A DNA stretch of 36,947 nucleotides from Octopus bimaculoides (taxonomy: Eukaryota): contig NC_068999.1 in NCBI RefSeq assembly GCF_001194135.2, positions 23,359,931 to 23,396,877 of the forward strand, written 5' to 3'. This document shows positions 22,555 to 35,890 of the stretch, in pieces. A model generated the notes under the pieces. It did not search any database. It saw only the letters and a list, made by a program, of their open reading frames with translations, and had not been told where the DNA came from. Made by a program: the position numbers and the translations under genes. Each line of letters starts with the position of its first letter. Positions within the stretch are counted from its first letter, which is position 1.

Positions 22555-22950
22555 TCTTTCATCCTTTACATGTTTTAGTCACTGGGCTCCAGCCTTGCTG
22601 AGACACCATTTGAAGTGTTTAATCAGTAATCGACCCCAAAACTTACTTTTAAAATCTGGTACTTATACTAGCGGTCTCTTGAATCGAACTGCTAGGTTAT
22701 GGTGACGTAAACAAACCAACACTGGTTGTCAAGCGGTGTTGGGGTGGCAGAAACACAAAGAACAGCTACATTTATATCTATTATACACGAGCTTCTTTCA
22801 GTTTCCGTCTACCAAATACACTCACAAGGGTTTGGTCAGCGTGGGACTATAGTTGAAGGCACATGCCCAAAGTGCCACGCAGTTGGGAAGAACCCGGAAC
22901 CATATGCTTGGGAAGCAAGCTTTTTTGCCACACAGCCACGCCTGCACCTA
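22555..22950 (-). mobile_element. tRNA-derived SINE, same family as 29011-29410
   Basis: Reverse complement begins ggcgtggctgtgtgg (A box)...ggttccgggttc (B-box-like). Body blocks tggtagacggaaactgaaagaagc, cttgacaacc.gtgttgg and aagtaccag...ggggtcgatt resemble the plus-strand copy at 29011. Confidence 0.8.
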
Positions 22951-23459
22951 CACGCGCGCACGCGCCCCACAAACACATAATAGCCGATATAAATGTTGGT
23001 TGGTTGGCTGGTTGGTTGGTTTGTTGGCTGGTTAGCTGGTTGGTCGGTTTCCCCAGTCGCGCTGTATAGTGTATAGAGAGAGATGGGGAAGAGTAAAAGA
23101 GATACAAAGAAAGTTAGCATAAGAGTTGCAAGATTTGTGCGCACACCAAGCTTGGTGGCAGACAATGAGCAAAAGTACGCTACATACACACATTGAGAAA
23201 GAATCATTGACAAAGGAGAAAGAATGAGAGGAGTTATACAAATAAAAAATTTGTTTTGTTTAATTTTTATTTTATAGTAATAAATATTTTTTCTTTTGGA
23301 AGTTAGTTTTCATTTCATCATTTTCTATAAGCATTCAGAAATTTGATAAAATTCTAATTAGTTATAATTACTGTATGTACGCCATATTTTCTGATATTAT
23401 CCATAGTGGCAAAATTATGCTTCCAAAGTTGCTCTTAAATATGACAGGTAACACTCTCA

Positions 23460-23484
23460 TGTGTGTGTGTGTGTGTGTGTGTTT

Positions 23485-23529
<45 letters not shown>

Positions 23530-23552
23530 AGACCAAAGTGTATGTACGCGGC

Positions 23553-23621
<69 letters not shown>

Positions 23622-23670
23622 ATGTATGTATGCATGTATGTATGTATAATTAATATAGACAACACACACA

Positions 23671-23702
<32 letters not shown>
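23460..23702. repeat. Compound (TG)n/(TA)n/(TATG)n/(CA)n microsatellite block
   Basis: Direct reading. Similar blocks at ~12678-12940, 13070-13142, 18520-18590, 22086-22168, 22440-22518, 28455-28545, 29155-29210, 30218-30302, 35268-35320 and 36800-36947. Confidence 0.95.
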
Positions 23703-24242
23703 GATATACATATAAACAAAAGGAAGAGGAAATTTACTATAAAACAACTGTTGTGAGCTTATAGAAATACAAAATACAAATGTATTTCATTTAGAAATAT
23801 TAAATATTTTTACATTACATTCCAACCGGTTTTCAATCTAAAAGTTCCTCAAAGGGAAATGAGAAAAGTACGTTTTTAAGTGGTGCCGACTGTCATGCAG
23901 AGTGTCATTATATAAAGCCGAGAAACGATGCATTGTCCTAAAAAGGCACAATATGACGGTAGTCCTATTTTGTTGTCCGAGTATAGCTAGTTCAACTGCC
24001 CGAAGTGGTCCGATCGGTTGGCAGTATTAACGGTAAAGCAGTTAACTCGCTATATTAGTATATTTGAGCTGTGGCAATCTACTAGTGGGAGTGAGATCGT
24101 AAGGTTTAATGAATACATAGTGGAGGCAGGTGTAGTGAGGATGTAGAAAATGTGAGGAAAGAATACAGAAAGGTATAGACGAGACGTACATTAAAATAGT
24201 TAACTCATCCTACTTGAACACGCCGGTTAGCAGATTTATATT

Positions 24243-24433
24243 AACTAGCGGGACCCGTGAATATTTTACGGAATTAATGGTACACCTACTGGGTTATTTC
24301 TGAAAACTTTATCCAAAAAATCTGAAAACGTAGCCTGTGTTGTGTCTGTATGGAAAGATAGTCGCTCATCTGCTACTCATTGAAAAGTGAAAGAAATTGG
24401 AATACGATGATTACTTGATGCACTTTATATATA
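24243..24433 (+). mobile_element. Possible short Helitron-like non-autonomous element
   Basis: Starts actagcgggacccg and ends actttatatata, the terminus pattern of Lep1-like Helitron derivatives. No coding evidence. Confidence 0.35.
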
Positions 24434-24697
24434 CATTTTATATACTTTATGCACAATTTTATAGACTTAATACACAGGACTCCTAAAATAAATATTCACT
24501 CTTATTTTTCCAGTTTTCCCAAACAAATATCCTGTACCTATGGTACAACCTTTAGTTAAATTGCATATATCTACCACGCAAATAAGCGTTAATATTTCAC
24601 TGAATTGCACTTATGGGCATGTGCTAAATGATAGCTAATATAAAAAAGTAACATTATTTACATTTGCCGGATATTTGTCCTCATCTTGTTTGTTGTT

Positions 24698-24743
24698 AAC
24701 ACAACATTTCGGCTGGTATACTCTCCAGCCTTCATCAGGTGTC
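24698..24743 (-). ncRNA. Minimal type-I hammerhead ribozyme motif (helix III palindrome mutated ACGT to ATGT)
   Basis: GACAC-CTGATGA-A-GGCTGG-agagtata-CCAGCC-GAAA-TGT-T-GTGTT. Confidence 0.65.
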
Positions 24744-24835
24744 TTGGGGGAAATTTCGAACGTGGGTTCTCATTCCTAAGGTATTTTTCGATGTTATTAT
24801 TATTATTATTATTATTATTATCATTATTATTATTC

Positions 24836-24910
24836 AGGTCACTGCTTGGAATCGAACTCGGAATCTTGTGGTTAGTAGCCCGCGCTCTTAACCATTACGC
24901 CATATACCCG
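24836..24910 (-). pseudogene. tRNA-derived SINE head (nominal anticodon ACT); not a functional tRNA
   Basis: A and B boxes are intact and there is a CTACTAA anticodon-like loop, but the acceptor and T stems pair poorly. Confidence 0.75.
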
Positions 24911-24912
24911 TG

Positions 24913-25230
<318 letters not shown>

Positions 25231-28200
25231 GAAAAAGTTAGTTCAGTTTTTTAAAAAATACACTTTTCACTAAGTAATCGCCCCGCATATTATCGCCTGC
25301 CCATCAACTTTGTATTCCGTTATTTATGTGGTCTGTATCGGTTCGACGTGTAAATTTAGGGTGTTACAGTAGTATTTTCGTGCATTTGTTAATACTGTAA
25401 CTGAATGTATTGTTACAAAAGCTTCATGTATTGAAGATCAGATCAGAAGTTAATCGACAAATGATACATACATTTTGGTATATATTACTTTCTAACATTG
25501 GCAGTTGTATTGAATAATTTACAACTACTTATAATATCGACATAAGAATTAAGTTTTGTTTTGTTCTTGCAACTAAAGTAATGAGAATTTGATCAAATAA
25601 TATGGATGCTAAATAACGAGTGATCTTCACGTGATATCTGGATAAACATTATTTTTATTGGGTTGACATAAATCGTGATATTACAATAGCGATGTAAGTA
25701 TTTGTGTGACAAAATGGTCCAGGGCGTGTTAATTTAAATTATCAGTGTTCTCAACGTAATCCTACGCTCCATAGTTCACCTTTCTGCTTGGAATTGGAAG
25801 GATTAATCTGTAATCCTTTAAATACCTAAAAACGAAATATGGAGTGGTTCTTATCAGGTTTAGATTACATTTTCTCACACTGTCAAGTTTCGTATAATAA
25901 AGCTTAGCTACTGGTGAGCCTACTTTGTAACCTAATTCGATTCCCAGGTGCGACAACTTCACTTCAGTTACAACACTAATGCTGTTAAGAAACCAAGAGC
26001 ATCATACAGTCTCGTTTTCTCATTACTATGAATCTAAAGAAAACAAGAATCCTGGGAAACTAGTTGTAGTTTGCGTCAGTAAAACATTTTTATTGGTAAA
26101 GTGTAGAGTTTTGTAAGCATCAAACTTCGATTAACAAAAGACACAAAAATCTTTCTCCCCCCCCCCTCTCTCTCACTCTCTAACGAAGCAATCAGTCCAG
26201 ACCGTTGGAAAATTCTTATTACATTTTACTAAGTTATAAATCGACGTCGAACAGTACATATGAAATTAAAACAAAAATTCGGTTTTAATTTGTCTCGTTC
26301 AAGTATGAATGTTAAAATGAATAGCTTAAATTTTCACAAACAGAGATATTTATCAGCATTAACACCATTGCATGTAAGTTAGGGGATAAGAGAATATTTT
26401 CACGTGAATATTCGAGCTCAACGTTGCAAAGTAACCCGTTCATTAATTATTCGGAGAATTTGCCACGTAGTATGGTAAAATGTTAATCACCCTAAAGGCC
26501 TGTCACTGCAAGTTTAATGTCTTTTGTATGGACAAAAATTTGCTGAAGACGATACAAATTAAGAACATAAATATTTTAGTGACCGTACAAAACATTAGCA
26601 GGTTACAACGAAATCAGAAGTCCATCAAATACTATAAATAAATAATGGGGTAGCGAGGCCACAGAGGCGGTTGCTCTAGGCACAAAATTCCTAGGCTCAC
26701 AAATTTCATGAGAAAAAAAAATAGTAATAAAATGTAGTGTACCTTCCCCAGCAATACTTACCTTGCCTTCGGAGCTACGCTAATGAAAAATAGAATTTTA
26801 TTCACTTTGGAGATCTATGTAAGAGTATTCTTCAAATTTACATAATTTAAATGAACGAAGATCCTATAATTCATCGCTGCAGATTGGTGTTAGGTGTATA
26901 TAAAACAATGAACCCGGATCTGATCTAGTAAATCAAGCACTTGATATTTCATGTAAATAAGGTAGATGAAAATAAAGTAATATAAATAACTTCTTCGAAT
27001 GATACCCTTTTATATTTGTTTTTCTTCTAGTTACACTAAAAATGATTAATGAGTTGATAAGAAAATATGCCCTGAACGAGATGAAGCATTTAGATCTGCA
27101 AAGACGAGTAGCGTGAACTGGGTTCATCTTACTTTATCTATCGCGTGAAATTCGTATGGCCCGATTGTAGCTTACTTACGAAAACCGGGACATTTTTCAA
27201 ATGATTATTGAATATGCATGAAGATAACACATGAAAACCAAACTTGAGCACTACAGTCAACATATGTAATCTAATTGTTTGTAGACTAGATTAAATTTGA
27301 ACAAACAATTCTAAGCCTTCGTGAGCTGTACGAAAACGTTTGCACCATCGTATCTCTATTTTCTTAAATTTTTCATTGTGATGATAAGAGACAGAATAAA
27401 TTTTGATTGATATTACACATATATTTCAGAATATAACAGTAGTTAAAACAATTATACATTGTCAAAGCTGATTTTACTGAATAAGTAACCATAATATGGA
27501 GTTAAATAAAATGAAAGAAATAATCCATGTCTATTGTTCTTTCTCACAACACAACAAACTTTTATTGTCTGCATGTCGAGTTTCTAATTCACGTTGACAT
27601 TGTGTTCCTGAAACATATACGTATGTCTCTGTTCAATTGCTTGTGTGCTGCTTAGATTGTCTAGTTTAATCACTCCTTAGCTTATAAAGAAATCTGAAAA
27701 CGAAATAAAAAATAAAAAGTAAATGATGTCTTTAAAACTTGTAAAATTTCCAGAGTAGTTTAAGGTTTCAGGAAATATTACAACCGGATGAACGAATTCG
27801 ATCTTGACGTTGTTTTGCGCTATTTCCGTTAGAAACACTAGTTTTATTGATAAATACTGTTGTCATGGTGAGTGAGCCAAGTATTCCACATATATCCCCG
27901 CTTCTACTCTGTTTATAATACTTTAATCTTATTCGATAGTCGAATCTTTAGTTAACAGAGACAAGTGCAATACCTTTTGAGATACCTTTGGATCCGAATC
28001 TTTCATGAAAAGTAAATCATTAATAGCATTAGCTGCAACAGGCCTGTCAGCGTAAATAGAAATTACCTTTTGTTTTTAAACTATAGATTCACTTCGAGCT
28101 CCATTTAAGCATATCCGAAGCATTAGAAACTAATATAAGCAACACACTAGGCGCGTTTCCACAAATCATGTTTCTTACGATCATAGTACGTATTCCTGGG

Positions 28201-29010
28201 ATGATTACACCATAGTCCGTAGTATCCATGGACACCGGGTGGATCATATTCATTTCCTCAGGCGATATGGCATTAATGTTGAAAGCAGCAAATGTATATA
28301 TATATATACTATATTTATCCTACATTATATCGGCACAACTCGATGCAACTCCACAAAACTGTTATTGCTTGTTGATATCATTAGGCTGTAGCCAGCATAA
28401 GGAATTATCAGCTTTTATATGTTTAAAAACGTTTCCTGTAAACAATCTTAAAGAATGTGTGTGTGTGTTTGTATATGTGAGAGTGTGTGTGTGAGTGTGT
28501 GCGTGTGTGTACGTGCGTGCGTGTGTGCACGGGCATCTGTGTGTGTTTATCACCCACCACTGCTTGACAACCAGCTTCCTGCCCATGACAAAATCGCAAA
28601 CTACAACATACGTGTGATCACAGAAAAAAACAAAACACAGCGATGTCACTCTGTACACTGTCGCATGAAGGTCACTGCTAGCTCTCACTGCGCACGCAAC
28701 CGTGTGCTGTCATCTGTTGGCTCGCTACAGAACTAGTCCTTCAACTTCTTGGTACTACCTCGTATATATATANNNNNNNNNNNNNNNNNNNNNNNNNNNN
28801 NNNNNNNNNNNNNNNNNNNNNNNNNNNNNNNNNNNNNNNNNNNNNNNNNNNNNNNNNNNNNNNNNNNNNNNNNNNNNNNNNNNNNNNNNNNNNNNNNNNN
28901 NNNNNNNNNNNNNNNNNNNNNNNNNNNNNNNNNNNNNNNNNNNNNNNNNNNNNNNNNNNNNNNNNNNNNNNNNNNNNNNNNNNNNNNNNNNNNNNNNNNN
29001 NNNNNNNNNN

Positions 29011-29152
29011 AGAAGTTTACTTCTCATCTACATGGTTCAGGATCCAGTCCCACTGCTTGCTTACTTGGGCCAGCACCTTCTGCTATAGCCCCGCCCCAAG
29101 CCAACCAAAGTCTTGTGGGTGCATTTCTAGACGAAAAGTGAAAGAGGCCCGT

Positions 29153-29213
<61 letters not shown>

Positions 29214-29410
29214 TTGGTTTGTGTTTGAATTTGTTCTCTACCACACTTTGATAACCGGTGTTGGTTCGTCCACGTTCTGTTAGTAGTTCTGCAAACGAGA
29301 ACTATAGAATGAGTAACAGGCTTTAAAACATATGTACTGGGATCGATTTGGTCGACTAAAGCCTTCAAGGCGGTGCACCAGCATGGCCACATGCTTGAAA
29401 AAATTACAAG
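29011..29410 (+). mobile_element. tRNA-derived SINE, same family as 22555-22950 (head partly in gap)
   Basis: catggttcaggatccagtcccactg head; gacgaaaagtgaaagaggcccgtcg; internal (TG)n; tail tactgggatcgatttggtcgactaaagccttcaaggcggtgcaccagcatggcc. Confidence 0.8.
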
Positions 29411-30224
29411 AAATATACATAAGAAATTAATCACAAACGATCGATAAAAACACTTAACAGACGTATCAAATGAACAATACAGAGTATCTTTTTTAATCCG
29501 TAATATATCTTTTCTGTGATGCATGTTAAGTATATAGATTACAGATAAATCCATAACATAAAAAATAAAGGGCGTAAAATTGCATAAAAACAAAACAGGC
29601 CGACTATATTTTGAAATACTTTTCTCGGTATACTCTGCAAAAATATTCTCATTTTCATAATAGTATATATATTTCTACAAAGTATTTTGAGAGACCATTA
29701 AAACTGAGGGTCCCGGATCCAATCCCATCCTTTGTTCCTGATGATGAGTTTCTGTTTTGTTCTTGTAATTATGGCTAATCGATATTCTCTGTAGTTTAAC
29801 ATACATTGTTCAGTAGGTTGATAAAAGGAAAGATTGTTTTCGGTGACGTATATACATATCGTGGTATTATCCTCATTCTAATAAGAATATCCCAACATTT
29901 CCATCAACTTTCTCACTAGACTTATCTCTCTTACATGTTTTAGATTTCAAAAGCACTTGGATGTTTTATCTACCAATTGCTGCGATAATGTCAGCTGAAC
30001 GAAGTTTTCAATTTACTATATTACATTTGTAAGACATTCATTTATATTTCTTTAATTTCTGTACTGAGCGCAAACTCACTAAACTGAAACTTATTTCGGT
30101 TTTCTTAGCGTAATTGAAAGTACAAATCACCCCACTGAAGAGGAGTTACGCTCTAGTTGGTGTTGGTTTGGGCTAAAGCAATGACAAATGGAACGATAAA
30201 TACATATATATGTCTACATCTATC

Positions 30225-30307
<83 letters not shown>

Positions 30308-30949
30308 TATTTTTATAAACAAACCCGAAAGGCTTTGCGAGTTACGAAGAGAAAGCTGCTATGGAAGGCTCATAGTATAATAACTGTATAATAACTATGT
30401 ATAATATATACCATAATGATATTTATTCTCTGATTTGAAGCGACATTTTTTAAATATAAACAAATGACTGAAAAATGATGAACTCAGGCAGAATCGAACT
30501 CACAAATCGACGCTTTCGTGGCTCCTTGCGAATCTTTTTTTTTACTTTTATAAATAATCTTTTTTTTTTCTTTTTATAAATGACCTTTTTTTTTCTTTTA
30601 TAAATGATCTACTCCGCGTCAGTCACCGGAGTGATATTTGATCATTTTATAGAGTGTTTGAGTGTCGGTTTGGTGTCTGGAATGGGATAGTTTACCTCAT
30701 GAGCAGGTAGAAGCTCTTTAACCTTGGAAGGAAATCTCCGAAATAAAACCTGAGGCCTTGGAAGTTCCTGGTTTTGTCAGTTTTCATATCACACCGGCGA
30801 AAGTCTTCTTGGGCCAATAGGTGGGTGTAGTACAGTGCAAGTTACACCCACTGAAAATTATTCATCTGCACAGGTACTTCCTGTACTCCAAATCTTAGTA
30901 AAATCATTGAATAGGTTGGTTGGCAGAAACCTAAAAATGCACTTGTAAC

Positions 30950-33900
30950 TTACTCTAAAATATCTCGAACAGATTCAGTAAATGGCAAAAAAGGCTTGGG
31001 AACGTCGGGGAAACAGGTTTGGCTCGGCAGGTGTCCCGGTGTGTCACAGGCTGGACCCGGTCGTCATCCTGCCACTGTGGTCAAACAATCTTCAAGAAAA
31101 AGTAAAAATAAACATCCTTTGAANNNNNNNNNNNNNNNNNNNNNNNNNNNNNNNNNNNNNNNNNNNNNNNNNNNNNNNNNNNNNNNNNNNNNNNNNNNNN
31201 NNNAAAAAGTAGGTTTCTTACCGTTCTCAGTATTTATGCACCAACAATGTCCCATTCTGATGAAACTGTAGGACAGTTTTATGACGATCTAGCACAATTA
31301 TTGAGGAGAGTACCAATTTCTGACAAGCTGGTCATATTGGGAGATTTCAATGCAAGAGTTGGAAAGGATTATGTTTCATGCCCTGTTTTAGGTCGACATG
31401 GGATTGGAAAATACAATAAAAATGGAGAAGCGTTCGGGTCATGAAAGAGGCAGAGAGTTGGACTGACCATCATCTAGTGCGTGGAAAAATAGATTTTTCG
31501 ATAATGCCTAAAAATCGACTGTCTGGTCCTAAGGCACCCAAAAAGTTAAATGTTGCAAACTTTAAATTATCAAACAACTTTCAAAGATTCCATGATGCTA
31601 TAGAAAGTATCAATCTTGACCCAAACGATCTATGAGAAGATTTCAAAACAAAAGTATTTCAGGCTGCAAGTTCGTCAGTGAGATTTAAATCTCATAAATC
31701 CAGTGACTGGTTCTCAGATAGATCAGCAGAAATTCATGATCTACTTTTAGAAAGACAAAACTTAGGGAATACACTTCTTTCTAAGTCTTCGAACCCCAAC
31801 TCAAACGAAACTTACAGAAAGCTGAAAAGAAAGGTGCAGACTGCTCTTAAGAAAATTAAACAGGAGTGGTGGAATGATAGAGCAAAAGGGGCACAAGAAG
31901 CAGCTAATAGAAATGATGCCAAGGGTTTATACTCTTGTGTTAAGGAGATATGTGGCCCAAAATCTTCTTCAATAGCTCCAGTGAGAACAGCAAATGAACG
32001 TTTTCCTCTAACTGATACCGCTTCTATTCATAAGCGTTGGGTAGAACATTTTTCTACACTTTTGAATAGACCATCATCCGTTGACACGAGGACGATAGTA
32101 AAAACTGAACACCTTCCAGTTATAGAAGAGATGGCATTTGAACCAACTCTAAATGACATTTATTTAGCTATGAATGAGCTGAATAACAACAAGTCTCCAG
32201 GGTCTGATGGAATCTGTGCAAAAGTCTTGAAATATGGGGTGACAAAATGTTTGAACTCTTAAATATATTAATTTGACACTGTTGGAGAACTGAGAAAGTG
32301 CCTCAAGACTGGATTGATGCCATTTTAGTCTCCTTGTATAAATCGGGGCCAAATGATCTGTGTGGTAATTTTCGTGGGATTTCGCTTTTATCTGTGGTTG
32401 GAAAGGTACTTGCCCACATTTTGTTAGAACGTTTAAATACCTTTATAGTTCCAGATATAGAGTCTCAGTGTGGTTTTCGTTCCTAAAGGGGCACAGCTGA
32501 TTGTATCTTTACTGTCAGACAATTACAATAAAAGTGCAATGAACAGAATCTTGCTTTATACCATTGCTATGTTGATTTGAGCAAAGTATTCGATACTGTT
32601 AATCGAAATGCTTTGTGGCTAATTCTAAAGAAAATAGGTTGCCCAGAAAAATTTGTAAACATGATCAGGGCTTTGCATCAAGATATGAAAGCTAGAGTTA
32701 ATTTTGGTGGTAGGCTCTCTGAATCTTTTGCTGTGGAAAATGGAGTAAAGCAAAGAGACCTTGATGCACCCACCCTCTTTGCAATATACTTTGCTGCTGT
32801 GTTGTCGCATGCTTTTCAAAACTCTGACGAGGGTATTTACATAAATTATCGAACAACAGGGAATGTTTTTAATCTGACCAGACTGAAATTCAANNNNNNN
32901 NNNNNNNNNNNNNNNNNNNNNNNNNNNNNNNNNNNNNNNNNNNNNNNNNNNNNNNNNNNNNNNNNNNNNNNNNNNNNNNNNNNNNNNNNNNNNNNNNNNN
33001 NNNNNNNNNNNNNNNNNNNNNNNNNNNNNNNATGCATCAACCTGCGCGTGGTGCTGTTTGTAGCCCCCCTAAAAGTTTTGTTAAGGGAAAACTCCGTACA
33101 AAATGATGGAAATCTTGATACAGAAATACAGATGCGAATTCAAAGGACACCAAAAGCATTTGGTGGCTTGGAGTCACGTGTTTGGTGCCAGCGACATATG
33201 AATAAGAATACAAAGCTGGCTCTTTACAAATCATTTGTCTTACCATCCCTGTTGTATTCCTGTAAAACTTGAACTTGTTATGAAAGGTATTTTAAACTGT
33301 TAGAACAATTCCACCAAAAATGCCTTCATCGCATTTTAAAAATTAAATGGAGTTCTTTTACTCCAAACACAGATGTCTTTGCATCTACAGGCATCACCTC
33401 AATTAAAGCTATGATTTTGAGGAACCAACTGAGATGGTGTGGCCATATTGTTCGAATGGCAGGTGAACACATGCCGAAACAGCTGTTTTATAGTGAGCTT
33501 GCAGAGGGGAAACACTATCGGCGTAAACCGAAAAAAAAAAGGTTTAAGGACGGCATAAGGACTACCATGAAGTGACTTAGAATGGTTCCAGACGATATAG
33601 AAACCCTTGCTTCGGATCGAGTTGGATGGCGAACAAAAGTGTGGAGTGGAGTAAAAGCATTTGAAGAGGCCAGGATAATGCAAGTAAGACTCAAAAGAGA
33701 TCTAAGGGAAAATGTAACAATCGAGAAGGTGAATGACAATGACATTTTCTTGTGCACAGTCTGTGACAGACCATACCTGTCTTTTGCTGGCCTCAAATCT
33801 CATCTGCGAACGCATGGAAAACGAACCTCCACCAATTATTCTGCCTATATGTCAGTGCACACCTTTGAATGTAGTGTATGCCAGAAGGTTTGCAAATCCA

Positions 33901-34125
33901 ACGGAGGCCTGAAAAGACATGTTAAGATCCACAAAGTGCAAAACTTATCTGCTGGTCTTGGTGGTCCAAATCAGAGGTGCAATCTATGTGTGTGTCTTTT
34001 CAGAACATTGTCTGGTTTAAAAAGCCACATCAGACGTCATGATGGTGCTAAGGTGTAGGTACAGGACATGGTCAAATTCTGTATAAAGAGTAGACAACCA
34101 CCACCATGTATGTATGTATATGCAT
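30950..34125 (+). mobile_element. RTE-clade LINE, near full length but inactivated (APE + RT + three C-terminal C2H2 fingers)
   Basis: APE: SIYAPT, KLVILGDFNARVG, WTDHHLV. RT: KSPGSDGI, NFRGISLLSVVGK, ESQCGFR, VDLSKVFDTVNR, GVKQ..APTLF; the YADD position falls in gap 32894-33031. C-terminus: QLRWCGHIVRM, RVGWRTKV. Multiple stops/frameshifts (e.g. 31633, 32260, 32484, 33270) and an internal APE deletion near 31440. Short (acc)/(atgt) tail. The 5' boundary is uncertain and the UTR may reach ~30690. Confidence 0.93.
33753..34040 (+). pseudogene. Three C2H2 zinc fingers at the C-terminus of the RTE ORF
   Basis: CTVC-x12-HLRTH (33753-33815), CSVC-x12-HVKIH (33870-33932), CNLC-x12-HIRRH (33978-34040); stop codon at 34056-34058. 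Confidence 0.9.
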
Positions 34126-35267
34126 ATGGAAAGAAGAGGTATATCTCCATGCAGGAAAAAACAGAATATGTTTTTGAAAATGCACCTGAATTTGAAAAAC
34201 TTGTAATTGTTTTTAAATGAATTTATTTCGATACATACCAAACTAGTTTCAACATTTTTTTCTTTATCAATGGTATAAGCGTATATAAAACAATGGGATT
34301 TAAAAGATTTTAAATTACGAAGTAGAAGACATGTTTAAATGATTACATATTCACGAGCGAAAAGCCCCGTACACGACGGGAAAAAGAATCACNNNNNNNN
34401 NNNNNNNNNNNNNNNNNNNNNNNNNNNNNNNNNNNNNNNNNNNNNNNNNNNNNNNNNNNNNNNNNNNNNNNNNNNNNNNNNNNNNNNNNNNNNNNNNNNN
34501 NNNNNNNNNNNNNNNNNNNNNNNNNNNNNNNNNNNNNNNNNNNNNNNNNNNNNNNNNNNNNNNNNNNNNNNNNNNNNNNNNNNNNNNNNNNNNNNNNNNN
34601 NNNNNNNNNNNNNNNNNNNNNNNNNNNNNNNNNNNNNNNNNNNNNNNNNNNNNNNNNNNNNNNNNNNNNNNNNNNNNNNNNNNNNNNNNNNNNNNNNNNN
34701 NNNNNNNNNNNNNNNNNNNNNNNNNNNNNNNNNNNNNNNNNNNNNNNNNNNNNNNNNNNNNNNNNNNNNNNNNNNNNNNNNNNNNNNNNNNNNNNNNNNN
34801 NNNNNNNNNNNNNNNNNNNNNNNNNNNNNNNNNNNNNNNNNNNNNNNNNNNNNNNNNNNNNNNNNNNNNNNNNNNNNNNNNNNNNNNNNNNNNNNNNNNN
34901 NNNNNNNNNNNNNNNNNNNNNNNNNNNNNNNNNNNNNNNNNNNNNNNNNNNNNNNNNNNNNNNNNNNNNNNNNNNNNNNNNNNNNNNNNNNNNNNNNNNN
35001 NNNNNNNNNNNNNNNNNNNNNNNNNNNNNNNNNNNNNNNNNNNNNNNNNNNNNNNNNNNNNNNNNNNNNNNNNNNNNNNNNNNNNNNNNNNNNNNNNNNN
35101 NNNNNNNNNNNNNNNNNNNNNNNNNNNNNNNNNNNNNNNNNNNNNNNNNNNNNNNNNNNNNNNNNNNNNNNNNNNNNNNNNNNNNNNNNNNNNNNNNNNN
35201 NNNNNNNNNNNNNNNNNNNNNNNNNNNNNNNNNNNNNNNNNNNNNNNNNNNNNNNNNNNNNNNNNNN

Positions 35268-35309
<42 letters not shown>

Positions 35310-35721
35310 GTGTGTGTGTGGTTGTCCTGGTATTCGTTGCAGCTACTGTTTTGTCAATATTTATTTCTGAAAGAAATCAATATTTATTTGCGCAATTTTA
35401 ACATAAAATGTACGTTTTCAAAGGTTGTCAAACTGCCCACCACCGTTTATAATTAGTTTAAAAGAAAAGGTATACAATCCAATATTGATATTTATATACT
35501 GAATGACGACATAAAAATATTGCTTTGAGCAAACATTCAACTTTTGGCGCTGTCACATTTACATTGATCAGTGAGAATAATGTTAACCAATAGCAGTAAT
35601 TAGGAAGATAATAACAATAGCCACGGCGGTGATAGTTATAGCATATACAAATAAAGAATTCAAAACAGGTCTCGTATGACACCGTTCAAATTCTTTTAGA
35701 TTTATTGGCATACTTGATTAG

Positions 35722-35789
35722 GTTATAGAAAGGACAGTATATATTTTATTATTATTTTTAATTTTTTAATATTATATATATATATACTA
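35722..35789 (+). repeat. 68-bp exact direct repeat (second copy 36358-36425, immediately after a gap)
   Basis: gttatagaaaggacagtatatattttattattatttttaattttttaatattatatatatatatacta is seen twice. Confidence 0.9.
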
Positions 35790-35801
35790 TTGGTTCTTAA
35801 T

Positions 35802-35890
35802 GCATCTCTGAAGAGCGGAATTACTGATAATAAGATGATCTTTAGATCACTTTGTGATTATAGTGATATCCGCGAAACGATCGTAAGATA
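35802..35890 (+). ncRNA. Type-I hammerhead ribozyme motif with long extended helix II
   Basis: Helix I ATCT/AGAT; core CTGAAGA 35808-14; helix II GCGGA/TCCGC extended by attact/agtgat, ataat/attat, aag/ctt and tgatc-ttta-gatca; GAAA 35874-77; palindrome ACGATCGT; predicted GUA cleavage after 35885. Confidence 0.78.

Larger units (their letters stand above)
24650..24912 (-). mobile_element. SINE-like element: tRNA-derived head + (AAT)n + hammerhead-containing tail (full copy)
   Basis: Minus strand reads GGGTATATGGCGTAATGG (A box)...GAGTTCGATTCC (B box), then CAGTGACCTG, (AAT)n, and a unique tail containing CTGATGA..GGCTGG..CCAGCC GAAA. Confidence 0.85.

Noticed and set aside
24836-24910. A tRNA-Ser(ACT) gene
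   Set aside because: Acceptor and T stems do not pair, and the sequence runs directly into a repeat body; it is a SINE head.
27950-28200. Minus-strand ISIYADR as a LINE RT remnant
   Set aside because: Only a faint echo of YADD with no convincing neighbouring motifs.
33582-34058. Stand-alone host C2H2 transcription factor gene
   Set aside because: In frame with the RTE C-terminus, followed directly by the LINE 3' tail, and lacking TGEKP linkers.
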